Source: Planctomycetia bacterium | GTDB lineage: Bacteria; Planctomycetota; Planctomycetia; Pirellulales; Pirellulaceae | Assembly: GCA_031412515.1 (NCBI GenBank) | Contig: JANODD010000147.1 | Location: forward strand, 5,110 to 69,109 | Direction of reading: 5' to 3' | Length of the DNA: 64,000 bases | Shown: piece by piece, positions 39,901 through 48,156 of the stretch | Layout: each line of letters opens with the position of its first letter | Numbering within the stretch: position 1 is the stretch's first letter | Notes under the pieces: generated by a model | Told to the model about the DNA's origin: nothing | What the model saw: only the letters and a program-made list of their open reading frames with translations | Database searches by the model: none | Position numbers and translations under genes: made by a program

Positions 39901-42529
39901 TCGCATTGCCGGTCAGTAAAACATCGCCAGTGATAGAGCTGCCGATGTCACCCAAAACGTTTCCTGCCAAGGTAAGTGGCGCGACCAAATTGACATTGCT
40001 CAGCAAGTCGAGGCGACCTGCAGCAGCAATAACAAGAGGCTCTCGTGCTTCGAAACCTGCAGGAGCCGCGTTGCCGCCAAACGCAAGTATACCACCGTTG
40101 ACAACCGTTCCTGCGGTTGATGTTCCGAGTGCATTCGATCCTTCAGCAACTAATATTCCGTCCGTGATTGTCGTCACTCCAGCATAGGTATTGGATGCCA
40201 CAAGAACCAATGTTCCTGTTCCAATTTTTTCAAGAGTGCCGCCACCGGCGATCACTCCATTGATGATCAAGTAACCAACTCCGCCAAGTTTCGCGACTCC
40301 GTTCAAAGAGATGTTGGACGTAATGCGAACAGTGTCGCCATTAGGTGCATTGGGCAGTTCGGTAGTTAATTCGCCTCCAGCTGCGGTGAAGGTGATTTCA
40401 GTCGCGGTGAGATTCGCATTAGCGATCAACCTTCCGGCATCAATGCGAATCGATCCAATCGCAGACGGATTGTTGAGCGTAATTCTGCCGCTGCCAACGT
40501 CCAGCAATCCATCGCCAGTTACTCCTCGAATGACGGCGGTGCTGCTGATGAGCTCGAGTTTGGCGGTAGAAGCAATCGAGACGACGGATTGGGGCGCTAG
40601 GGAGTTGTTTACACCGAGCGCGATGCTCCCTGCGGAGATGGTTGTATCGCCTGTGAAAGTATTTAGACCTCCGAGGGTTAGCGTTCCAGTGCCTACTTTA
40701 GTCAAACTGCCTGAACCGATGATCATTCCATTGAACCGATTCGATGCGTCATTTAGCCCGATAGTTAATGATCCAGGCGATTTTATTTGGACACTTCCAG
40801 TCCCGGTTATGGCCGCCAACTGACTCGATCTTTCTTCCAGATTCAGTAGAGCTCCTGCAGCGACCGTGACGGTACTGCCGGCGCGAAGTCCATTTGTCTG
40901 ACTGATCAACAATTCTCCTTGGCTGATTGTGGTGGAGCCAGAGTAAGTGTTGACAGCTTCTAGATTGAGGAAGGATGGTCCCCGCTTTTCGAGGCTCCCG
41001 CTGCCGGAGATGACTCCGCCGATAGAAAAGCTCTGCGTAGCGCTAAAGGCGACTGTGTTCGAGAGCACAATGTTATTGTCCAGACGAAGTAAGGTGCCGG
41101 AGTTTTCAACTTGGCCGCCTGAGAGTCTAAGTTCGATGTTCCCGAATGGATTGGTTACACCAAACTGCAGCAAGCCGGACGTCATCTCGAAACTGGCAAC
41201 ATCTAGAATCTGATTGGCTTTAAATGTTCCGCCATTGACAGTTACCTTGACCGATTTCCCTAAGGACGCCTGTGCAGTTACCACTCCGCCAGTTATTTCT
41301 ATTGAGGCCAATTCTGCAGGACTAGAAAAATCGAGAGTTCCACCTGTGACTTGCAAAGATGATGTGGTTGTGAAGCTTGTGAGCGTTGAATTGCTTGAGT
41401 CGTAGATAATCGACGGCAATTCTGGTTGCGCAATGACTACCTTCACTTGATTGCCTGGTCGCAGGCTGGGCACTAAGTTATTGCTCCAGTTGTTAGGATT
41501 CGACCAACGCTGGTCTCCGCCACCCGCATCCCACAAAACATCCGGCCAGTTGCCAGTGAGGTACTGATCTCCTGCAAGTCCATAGTTTACTGTTATCGTG
41601 CCCCCTAGAGTGTTGAGCCGCCATTGGCTAATCGTATTTAAACCAAAGTCCGTCGCTACTCCAAGATTGTCGGTACCGTCACCATCCCAGTCGCCTGCGA
41701 TGGGAGTATATAACAAGCCACCGGATGACTTTTGGAATGTTAATGAAGCAACGACCGGCACCTCAAGTAATGTACGGCCTGTTGGGTAATTAGCACCGAT
41801 GTTTGAAGCCAGAAGAACGTAAAATTCCAAGGTGGTTCCCGTTTCTCGCATGACCGCAAGATCAGCGCGATGGTCACCATCAAAATCACCGACGACCGGC
41901 TTATCTCCAACATCGCCGAAGAAGAATTCGGCATGCGTGGCAACTCGCGATCCGTCGGTTGGAAACGGGAGGTTTGGCATTGCCTTGGCATAAGAGAGTT
42001 GCCAGTGCAGTTTGGAATCGCCTGGCTTTACATCAGCAACTTCTACAACAGCAACGTCGTCTCCGTTTTTGCCATCAAAGTTGCCGACCAAGGGTGTGTT
42101 GCCTGGAGACCCAAACACAAACTGATACTCAGGAGTTGCATCTCGATCGGAATCTAACAGGAACTGACTCGCGCTCAACGATTGATTTGCTCTGACAGTT
42201 CCAACAAAATCGAATCCAATACCGTTCCAGTCACCTGCAATTGCAACATCGTCGGCAGCTGTATTTCCAAGGCCGCCTGGGTTCGTCGATCCTTTACTCT
42301 TGCCATAATGGAAGGCGATTTCCGGTTGATCATTTCTGACGCCAACAAGTTGCTCTGTGTCCAACAAGAACCGAAGTAGCTTGTCATTCTCAGATAAATC
42401 GGGTCTTACTGCAGCAATATTGACTGCTAGAGCAATGCGAAATTCGAGATTCTCGAAGCGAAGCCTTCTCCGGATTTGGTAGCGAGCTGATACGAACGTT
42501 GTTCGCTTGTTTCTCAGTCGAACCATCAT
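36908..42529 (-). CDS. Large surface protein: Planc_extracel-like leader, FG-GAP-like repeats, autotransporter-associated beta-strand repeats, C-terminal TM anchor
   Basis: RRRLRFENLEFRIALA; four GD(W/F)DGD-like motifs; about seven K-x-G-x-G-T-L...NTY-x-G-x-T-x-I repeats; IAAGTALLISGLSILAVSLL followed by KPRKK. Confidence 0.88.
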   Translation of the reverse strand: MMVRLRNKRTTFVSARYQIRRRLRFENLEFRIALAVNIAAVRPDLSENDKLLRFLLDTEQLVGVRNDQPEIAFHYGKSKGSTNPGGLGNTAADDVAIAGDWNGIGFDFVGTVRANQSLSASQFLLDSDRDATPEYQFVFGSPGNTPLVGNFDGKNGDDVAVVEVADVKPGDSKLHWQLSYAKAMPNLPFPTDGSRVATHAEFFFGDVGDKPVVGDFDGDHRADLAVMRETGTTLEFYVLLASNIGANYPTGRTLLEVPVVASLTFQKSSGGLLYTPIAGDWDGDGTDNLGVATDFGLNTISQWRLNTLGGTITVNYGLAGDQYLTGNWPDVLWDAGGGDQRWSNPNNWSNNLVPSLRPGNQVKVVIAQPELPSIIYDSSNSTLTSFTTTSSLQVTGGTLDFSSPAELASIEITGGVVTAQASLGKSVKVTVNGGTFKANQILDVASFEMTSGLLQFGVTNPFGNIELRLSGGQVENSGTLLRLDNNIVLSNTVAFSATQSFSIGGVISGSGSLEKRGPSFLNLEAVNTYSGSTTISQGELLISQTNGLRAGSTVTVAAGALLNLEERSSQLAAITGTGSVQIKSPGSLTIGLNDASNRFNGMIIGSGSLTKVGTGTLTLGGLNTFTGDTTISAGSIALGVNNSLAPQSVVSIASTAKLELISSTAVIRGVTGDGLLDVGSGRITLNNPSAIGSIRIDAGRLIANANLTATEITFTAAGGELTTELPNAPNGDTVRITSNISLNGVAKLGGVGYLIINGVIAGGGTLEKIGTGTLVLVASNTYAGVTTITDGILVAEGSNALGTSTAGTVVNGGILAFGGNAAPAGFEAREPLVIAAAGRLDLLSNVNLVAPLTLAGNVLGDIGSSITGDVLLTGNATITQRSATGVLSLLGAITDSVQPSGVFFNSPSGGTVTLNNPLNSYRGATVVQAGTLRVTASEVIPNSSSVTVASGASLDLGNFNETVFSLTTAGLVSVGSGTFSVLDDVLITTGSLAVTSGIIKLSGDFTNTGTFISGTGTLEFNAPLGIQLLSPGGSDLNNLLHSGAGTLQLQSDLIVLGTLANTAGVIDLGDRTVAVTGGLSNATGATLRTNGRLRLASDFINQGTLTTITGTIELTGPASTTQQLNLGNSSVNNLTHSGLSTVQLANNLIVNGNLSNNAGTFELGARNVVVTGKASNESGATLRSGASTIRIAGDFANAGNFVAGTGTLEFDGPSGVTQQLISGGSSLNNVTHSGAGTLLVEGNLQLVNRLENRVGVINIDGRQLSVAEFALFAGEIIDSRSTGNLNASTLFDLRDGEVNVNLSGQGRLVKSTTSAVVLSGNLNISGSTTIEEGTLKVGDAATIARLERLLINERGIFDLNSHSISANGFDGAGKVFLGTGTLTAIVPETSTFSGTISGLGGFIKTGVGTLRFTGANSYQGDTKIEQGTLALSGVNNLRQSANVSIEGESSLELRSGQQTLAGLEGPGTLRLLSSRLVIDQAEKDLLFAGTLAGDGSIRKTGAGALALIGSGDFNGSLDVQGGSLKANGRFPKTAIAIQSGASLQGNGTLGDVTVAAGGTLRPGNSPGKMTVDNLFMNAGSKLIFEIAGPNAASQFDQMAVSGLAALNGEIEVQLLNGYVPSALDVFDLILFSATSGSPSYSLPTLNGIPLLRERFTPSSLRLSVNQLSPAPKSGDGTNTNQSNSGRESVPDSGTAPAFTASTENTSKDFIVLASVNSDDKQENEIDATEWIQQPPESLPIDPAARNEAVALEMIFDAIFAEESFAELSLLASDAKPLAVKDLEVLPLPSAPKETPPPVHDYTIPYFEIAAGTALLISGLSILAVSLLKPRKKNREPESQTVPTVLRQKTSLQQTPQEKSVEPQIATARKVNHD

Positions 42530-42764
42530 TGATTAGTCACTTAACTAGATATGCTTACATCATTTCGTAAGTCGGAATTCAATAAATCCTTGAAGTGCTA
42601 GCTTAACTACTTCCCTATAAGGGGCAAGCAGGAAATTTCGCAACTCTGCTTTTCCAGACGCATCGCCTCACCTTCAAAGCCTCGAACCACTTCAATTTGA
42701 GTGATAAAGCAAACGCTGGAAATGCCGACCAGGGACAAGCAACACCACTGTTGGTGGGCGTACG

Positions 42765-43763
42765 TCAAGCAATTACACCTAGAAAACTCTGAAAGATTGC
42801 GATCGTTTGCTTACCTAGCCAAGGCTCTTTCAGGATCGACTCGACTCGAGCCCTCAGCTTATGGTCCTCGTCGGACGATAGGCGTCTGTCCAGCTTTAAT
42901 CGCGCGGTGGCGATTGCCAGCAGATAGATTGCAGCACAGATCATCTGAGGTGTGTCGTGGTCTTGTGCAGAACCACGCTGCTTGGCAATACTACGGATTC
43001 CATCTAGCAAGTTCTCCGCTGGCTCGCCTTGGTTAAAAACGTCAGCCAAACTGAGCTTCACCACTGGGCCATTCCCCCCACTGTCCTTCGGCAGCCACTT
43101 CGAAACGGGCTGTTTCATGCAAGCGGCGAACTGCTCCGACATGGATGGAACTTCGTCGACAAGCCACGCTGGGACGTTTGTCCCAAGTATCTCCACCGCT
43201 GCATCTCGGATCGCTTGGCCGTTGCGCTGAACCGTCTTCGTGCTAACGTCGAGTTTCTCGGCAATCTCAGCGTGCGACAAGCCATTCAGTTTTCCTAGCA
43301 AAATCTTACCTTGGACGTCAGTAAGCTTGGCCATGATTTTCTCGAGCAACTCTGAAACTTCGACGACATCGTCCGGTGTAGGTTCGCCGAGTATGCGTTC
43401 GCCTAATACGGTATCGCCGCCGGTCTCGCGTTTGGGGTCGCGTTTGCCAGCCGTTTCGCGGTCGATTCGTTTGTAGGTTTTGTTCAAGGCAACGGAAACA
43501 AGCCACTTCCAGAATCCCGTTTCATCGCGGCACCCAATATCCTGTTCGCTGGTGACGCGAAAAGCCGATTTCATGATCGACTGAACGAGCTCTTCAGGGT
43601 CAAGTCGACGACGGAGCCTATCGTTGAGACGGCCATTAACCAGAAGCAATAATCGGCTCTGGTATCGATCATACAGCCGAGTGGCAGCTTCTTGATCACC
43701 TTGGCGCCACAGCTCGACAAGTTGCAGAACGTTAACAGTCGCATCCTTAGGATCATCTTTCAT
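42765..43763 (-). CDS. ECF sigma factor with ~130-aa C-terminal extension; probable start 43763
   Basis: Region 2 GDQEAATRLYDRY...LDPEELVQS...FWKWLVSVALNK; region 4 LNGLSHAEIAEKLDVSTKTVQR. Confidence 0.88.
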   Translation of the reverse strand: MKDDPKDATVNVLQLVELWRQGDQEAATRLYDRYQSRLLLLVNGRLNDRLRRRLDPEELVQSIMKSAFRVTSEQDIGCRDETGFWKWLVSVALNKTYKRIDRETAGKRDPKRETGGDTVLGERILGEPTPDDVVEVSELLEKIMAKLTDVQGKILLGKLNGLSHAEIAEKLDVSTKTVQRNGQAIRDAAVEILGTNVPAWLVDEVPSMSEQFAACMKQPVSKWLPKDSGGNGPVVKLSLADVFNQGEPAENLLDGIRSIAKQRGSAQDHDTPQMICAAIYLLAIATARLKLDRRLSSDEDHKLRARVESILKEPWLGKQTIAIFQSFLGVIA

Positions 43764-43989
43764 GCGAGTCCGTTTCCTTTCAAACCTGCTGGAAAAAGAA
43801 TTGAGCTTAATCAGTCTATGGGGATTGTCTTCAAAGTATATCATTTCGCCGTGCCAGTAGAGTTTTACAAGATTGGTTGGCGATGCCGTGCGACCGCAAA
43901 TTCTTGCGACCAGTGCAGAAAGGCGGGGGATCTCAGCATCGTACTTAGAGATAGGTACGGAACCGTGAAAACTACTGGACAGAGCTTTT

Positions 43990-44754
43990 TCAGTTTTTCC
44001 GAAGCTGCTTCAAAAATGCTGGCGGTATCGGAAGCGACGGATCTAGACGGTTCGCTTCTTCCAGGTATTGAATCGCCAGCTCATGCTTTCCTTCTTTGGC
44101 CAGGATGACGCCCAAGTTGGAGCGGGCACTAGCAGAACTAACCACCTCTTCGAATAGAGCTAGACTCTCGTCCAGCCGATCTTGTTTGGCGCGGAGTATG
44201 GCCAGATTAACAGTCACCTTTGGGTTGTTGTCGGATAGCTCTTGGGCTGCGGCAAGTTGTACTTCTGCGTTTTCAAGATCGCCCTGCAGCAGAAAGAAAT
44301 AGCCCGCGTCGCTTCGTAATAAAGCATCCTTCGGCGTCTCGGTAATCGCCCTTTCGAATTCGACTTTTGCTTTTACTGCTTCCTTAGTCTGAGCATATAG
44401 CACAGCCAATCTTCGGGAAACGTTCGCAAGTTTTTGATCAAAACCACGAGCTCTTTCGTACAGGGCGATCGCCTCACGCGTGTGGTCTTGATTGTCGAGC
44501 TGATGTGCCGTCTTCAGGCATGCCAAGGCCCATTCTCTCGGACTCAATTCAGAGTTGACTCGAGTCTCATTGCTTAGACTCGTCAACATAACTGAAGGAG
44601 ATGAAGCCGACTGCGAAAACAGTCCGTTGGCGCAGCCGCATTGGAGGCAGAGCAAGACATACAGAACTGCGACTTTGGCTCGCAATAGAGCCTTACAAAT
44701 TGCATCACACCGAGCGGGCTGACGGCTCTTGAAAAAGGCAAGTTTCGGCGGCAT
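43990..44754 (-). CDS. TPR lipoprotein (TadD-like pilotin candidate)
   Basis: LLCLQCGC lipobox-like motif; several TPRs (RRLAVLYA, SDAGYFFLLQG, SNLGVILAKEG). Confidence 0.75.
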   Translation of the reverse strand: MPPKLAFFKSRQPARCDAICKALLRAKVAVLYVLLCLQCGCANGLFSQSASSPSVMLTSLSNETRVNSELSPREWALACLKTAHQLDNQDHTREAIALYERARGFDQKLANVSRRLAVLYAQTKEAVKAKVEFERAITETPKDALLRSDAGYFFLLQGDLENAEVQLAAAQELSDNNPKVTVNLAILRAKQDRLDESLALFEEVVSSASARSNLGVILAKEGKHELAIQYLEEANRLDPSLPIPPAFLKQLRKN

Positions 44755-45320
44755 TATCTTCCACCTATGAAAGGCCCAGGGAATCCACCAGGCGATTGTC
44801 CACCCAGAAGTCCGCCAGTTCCCGCTCCGAAAGCGTTTTGAGAGCGATTTCTCCGATTGCCCTGCATCATCTCACGAGCAACTTGGACAGATTCTTCGCC
44901 GTAAAGTACATTGCCATCAGGACACGCTAAAACGATAGACTCGGCAGAAAGTGCGAGCCCTCGGTTGTTCGCAAGGTCGAGGACCACTTGAACTCGGCGA
45001 TCATTCAGCGAAGCATCCTGCGATGGTTCAAGCGTAACAAACCCAAGTGGCACTTCGTTCGATGAGCAGACCTTCGTCAAGCGGTCAATTGCGGCAGGGC
45101 CGAGTTGGTCCGAGCCATCGATCCATGATGCTTCATAGAGCACCAGTCCGTCATTTCTTGCTTTGTCTGTTTGTGCCGATTGCCACTGCCTTGTTGTTGT
45201 ACCCGTCGGTAGGTTCATCGCTCCAGATGGATAGTAAAAATACCCATGTCGAAACGGATAGCAACCAGTCGACGCCGAAATGGCCAGCAGCATTAGCAAC
45301 CAACCTAGGTTCCGTGTCAT
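44754..45320 (-). CDS. Putative lipoprotein associated with the secretin; probable start 45320
   Basis: MTRNLGWLLMLLAISASTGC lipobox; ATGA overlap with the secretin stop codon. Confidence 0.7.
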   Translation of the reverse strand: MTRNLGWLLMLLAISASTGCYPFRHGYFYYPSGAMNLPTGTTTRQWQSAQTDKARNDGLVLYEASWIDGSDQLGPAAIDRLTKVCSSNEVPLGFVTLEPSQDASLNDRRVQVVLDLANNRGLALSAESIVLACPDGNVLYGEESVQVAREMMQGNRRNRSQNAFGAGTGGLLGGQSPGGFPGPFIGGR

Positions 45321-47056
45321 TGAAACACTCCCGGTTGAGGTCCGCAGGCAGTGTATCCGTGCGGTCCTACAATGAAGACGTCGCAAGGATTGTAAAAACT
45401 CTGCTGACGACGCAAATCGGTTCTTGCAGAACTCCTGAAATCCTCGTTGCGAGTCCCTTCCATTTGAGCTCCAAGGTAAAACTCGATGTCACCAGGTTCA
45501 AAAATGTCGGTCCCTGGAAGGCTCGGAAGTTCTTCAGGGTTGAGTGGCCGAACTAGTTCCGGTGTTACTAGAATCACCAGTTCTTGCTCACGAGTGGCGA
45601 TTTTATCGAAGGCGGCAAGACGCCCGATCAATGGAAGATCACCAAAGAATGGAACTCGATCAGCTTGGCTGATTTGATTGTTTGAGATTAATCCTGCAAC
45701 GGAAAGTGTTTGCCCTTCGCGAAGTTCCACAATCGTTTGGAATTTTCTTAGGTCTAGGCCGGGGACTGGCGTTCCACCTTTGCCGTCACTGCCACTACCA
45801 CCAATGTTAGTTACAGATCCTGTTCGATTACTAACCTCTGCCAGTACATTTAAACGAATGCGATCACGATCCGTTATGTACGGCGTAAACTCAAGGGTCA
45901 CTCCAAACGGGACGAAAGTAACGCCTTGCAAACCACCTAAAGTTTGACCCGAAACAATGGGTACCGGAAACTGACCGCCAGCTTGAAAGCTTGCCTTCTG
46001 GCCATTCAGTGCCGTCAGTGTCGGCTCCGCTAATGTCTTGGCAAGCGACATTGATCTCAGGGCGTTGATTGCCAGTTGTATCTGCCCACTATCCAGTGAG
46101 ACAGGGCAATTGCCGCCCGTCACCGCGGCGCTTCCAACGGCAGCATTGTTTGTCGTTCCCAGTAAGCTCTGAAAAACCGAGGCACCATCTTTTACACCAA
46201 AGTTAAGCCCGATCTGCCTGGCAGCATTTCGATCTACTTCGGCAACAGTTACTCGCAGAGAAACTTGCTGTTCGCCGGTAACCGTCAGCATGTCAACTAC
46301 TGTCAACTCCGGCTCTGTCGTTTGCAAGAATGACAATCCGCCAAGCGGTCCGCCACCCTGATTGATTTCCGTTGTGGTCCGCGTAGTTTCTTCCTTGGAA
46401 TTGATCTTCTTGCTCTTCGCTTCTGCGTCGATGAGCTGAATAATTCTTGAAGCCTCCACCACATCGTGAGCTTGCCCGCGCACGAGCAATTGCTTTCCGA
46501 CTGTCGACAGCCGTACGATGCTATCTGGAAACGCTTCGTTGAGCTCCTGCTCAAACTGCCGGAGAGACTGAGGGTCCCAAGAGTTCGGATCGCGTTCGCC
46601 TTGAGCGTAGATTGTATAGACGCCCGTCGTGCGATCCCGCTTGAAGAACGTGTTGCTCTGCCGCGTCAGTTCCTTCAAAGCCATGCTCGCGGTCATTTTC
46701 CGTATGCTGACTGTGACACGAAGTTTTTTGGCAGCCTCGGACGCGACGACTTGCAGTCCAGATTCGGCGCTGAAAAGCCGTAACACTTGTTCAAGCGGCG
46801 TATCGCTGAATTCAACCTTCTCTAGAAATTCGTCATGGTTAGGTCCAGGAGAAACCTGTTCAATGGGAGATTGGGAAAAGCCGGAAACCTGAGTACGACT
46901 GCGCTCGAGTTCGCCCTGTGAAAGAAATTGCTGGCCTAACAGGGAGCTACTTAGTGCAATGCCAACAAATGCAGTAGGCAACGCAGCAAACACCCATGCG
47001 GAAATGGTGCTACGAATTGAGCACAGAGTGTAGGCTGTGTTTTGAAATCCAAACAA
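45317..47056 (-). CDS. Secretin, CpaC/RcpA-like, with N-terminal STN/N0-like and BON-like domains
   Basis: QQVSLRVTVAEVDR, LAEPTLTALNGQKASFQAGGQFPVP, FGVTLEFTP, VPFFGDLPLIGRL, ELVILVTPELV. Confidence 0.9.
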   Translation of the reverse strand: MFGFQNTAYTLCSIRSTISAWVFAALPTAFVGIALSSSLLGQQFLSQGELERSRTQVSGFSQSPIEQVSPGPNHDEFLEKVEFSDTPLEQVLRLFSAESGLQVVASEAAKKLRVTVSIRKMTASMALKELTRQSNTFFKRDRTTGVYTIYAQGERDPNSWDPQSLRQFEQELNEAFPDSIVRLSTVGKQLLVRGQAHDVVEASRIIQLIDAEAKSKKINSKEETTRTTTEINQGGGPLGGLSFLQTTEPELTVVDMLTVTGEQQVSLRVTVAEVDRNAARQIGLNFGVKDGASVFQSLLGTTNNAAVGSAAVTGGNCPVSLDSGQIQLAINALRSMSLAKTLAEPTLTALNGQKASFQAGGQFPVPIVSGQTLGGLQGVTFVPFGVTLEFTPYITDRDRIRLNVLAEVSNRTGSVTNIGGSGSDGKGGTPVPGLDLRKFQTIVELREGQTLSVAGLISNNQISQADRVPFFGDLPLIGRLAAFDKIATREQELVILVTPELVRPLNPEELPSLPGTDIFEPGDIEFYLGAQMEGTRNEDFRSSARTDLRRQQSFYNPCDVFIVGPHGYTACGPQPGVFQ

Positions 47057-47193
47057 ACAAGCATTCCTTGCCGACTGTTAGCATTCCGTCGTAGTGCACA
47101 ATTATTTCCGTAATGTGCACCATTTTTCCTAAAGTTTCCGGAAGGTACGCGAATTGCTGCTTTTGCGTCAAGATCAGCGCGTTCACAAGTAAA

Positions 47194-47553
47194 TCACTGC
47201 GATTGCATTCGACAAACCTTTGGAAGATAGCCCGATTCGAATCCAAGTCGAATTTCGCGATTCTCAAAGTCGATTTCGTCAAATCGTAACCGCGTTGCCT
47301 TCGGTGCGCCTTCGAACGAGACCACTTTGTCGACTCCTTGACGAAGGATCATCGTTTGACCCTCTATTTGCAAAATCGCTGTGACTGAGCCAAATCGTTG
47401 TACGTATCCATAGAAGACCACCTTGAGTGGAAAAACCGGTTCTTTTTGGCTGACTTGGGGGATTGGAAGCGCTTCATCAGCGTACGCGTTTGATGGAGTA
47501 CAAACCGTAACGGATAATAGAATGACAGCAAAAATTCGAATTGAGGCAAAGCA
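47194..47553 (-). CDS. Small exported protein, possibly PilP/GspC-HR-like
   Basis: Signal peptide ending AYA-DE; FYGYVQRFGSVTAILQIEGQTMILRQG beta-rich segment; immediately upstream of the secretin. Confidence 0.5.
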   Translation of the reverse strand, partial: CFASIRIFAVILLSVTVCTPSNAYADEALPIPQVSQKEPVFPLKVVFYGYVQRFGSVTAILQIEGQTMILRQGVDKVVSFEGAPKATRLRFDEIDFENREIRLGFESGYLPKVCRMQSQ

Positions 47554-47810
47554 CATAATTAAGTGTCTTTCAAACCAGTGAAGCGGGCCTCCTTGCCACA
47601 CGGAATATTGCGGAGCTTTCTTGTGCCACTCAAGCCACATGACCGCACGGCGATCTACTGACTAGTGCTTCAACACAATTTAACTTTTGGTTCGTCGAAA
47701 GGACGCGGGCGGACGAGGGGCGGGCCGACGAGGTTGAACTGATATGACATAGAGTACTTTGCTCATCTAATACTTGAAAATTGCGCTTGCGACGTTCGTC
47801 GACGATGGTT

Positions 47811-48096
47811 GTGAGCCGACGGCGCTAGCCGCGGGTGAACGAAGCGGATGACTTAAACCAAAGAAGGCCTACCCAATGCCCGGAAATATTCATCAAGAGA
47901 ATTGGAACTAGATCAACTACTAGTCATGAACGACAACTACTTCGTTCACCCGCGGCTAGCGCCGACGGCTCACTGACACCCGCGGCTAGCGCCGACGGCT
48001 CACTGTCACCCGCGGCTAGCGCCGACGGCTCACTGACACCCGCGGCTAGCGCCGACGGCTCACTGTCACCCGCGGCTAACGCCGACGGCTCACTGA
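47811..48096. repeat. REP-like family A inverted pair; right arm amplified to five 30-bp tandem copies
   Basis: + copy 47811-47845; CACCCGCGGCTAGCGCCGACGGCTCACTG(A/T) at 47947, 47977, 48007, 48037, 48067. Confidence 0.92.
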
Positions 48097-48156
48097 TTCG
48101 CAAGGCACAGGCTGAGGTCATGTTGGCTGACTCCAAAGTTAAACTGTGTTGAAGCA

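Noticed and set aside
31035-43844. Type III-E CRISPR (Craspase) locus
   Set aside because: CHAT and sigma genes are present but there is no Cas7-11, Csx30/31 or array.
47947-48096. CRISPR array
   Set aside because: Only alternating 4-nt linkers (TGAC/TGTC) between REP copies; it is a tandem amplification.
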